A stretch of 64,000 nt of DNA from Lama guanicoe (taxonomy: Eukaryota). The stretch lies in contig MU053557.1 in the NCBI GenBank assembly GCA_013239625.1, positions 3,874,123-3,938,122 on the forward strand. The letters run 5' to 3'. The notes under the pieces were generated by a model, which was given only the letters and a program-made list of their open reading frames with translations, was not told the origin of the DNA and searched no databases. The position numbers and the translations under genes are program-made. Below are positions 63,892-64,000 of this stretch, piece after piece. Every line of letters begins with the position of its first letter. Position 1 is the first letter of the stretch.

Positions 63892-64000
63892 CTGCAGCCA
63901 AGACACAAAAGGAAAATTTAAAAGAGGAAGAAGAGGGGAAAACAATCAGTCTTTGGTGGGAAGTACCTGTATCTTTCAGCAGCAAAGTACTATGTAAATT

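Overview
AT-rich, repeat-dense mammalian DNA, probably from a camelid: it carries repeated Vic-1-like tRNA-derived SINEs. It is part of the Kazal-type protease inhibitor (SPINK) cluster around MARCOL. Reading splice sites and phases by eye gives three coding genes. (1) A complete 4-exon MARCOL-like gene (+, 3305-8655, 285 aa): signal peptide, Gln/Lys/Gly-rich 9-residue collagen-like repeats, then an in-frame Kazal domain lacking the whole C1-C5 disulfide pair. (2) A complete 84-aa six-Cys paralog of the sperm-associated acrosin inhibitor (+, 22884-26564) with P1 Ser. (3) The last three exons of a canonical sperm-associated acrosin inhibitor-like gene (-, 61873-63891, P1 Arg), whose signal exon lies beyond the window. 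Between them are one near-complete Kazal pseudogene (-, 31206-34289) and five partial paralog relics (about 12-13.7, 20.4, 49.3-50.1, 53 and 59 kb), so nine SPINK-related units in 64 kb. Also present: L1s, LTRs, an ERVL fragment and an unexplained CpG-rich island at about 36.4-37.3 kb. Gene models and family assignments come from inspection and recalled protein sequences only, with no transcript or database support. Repeat boundaries are approximate.
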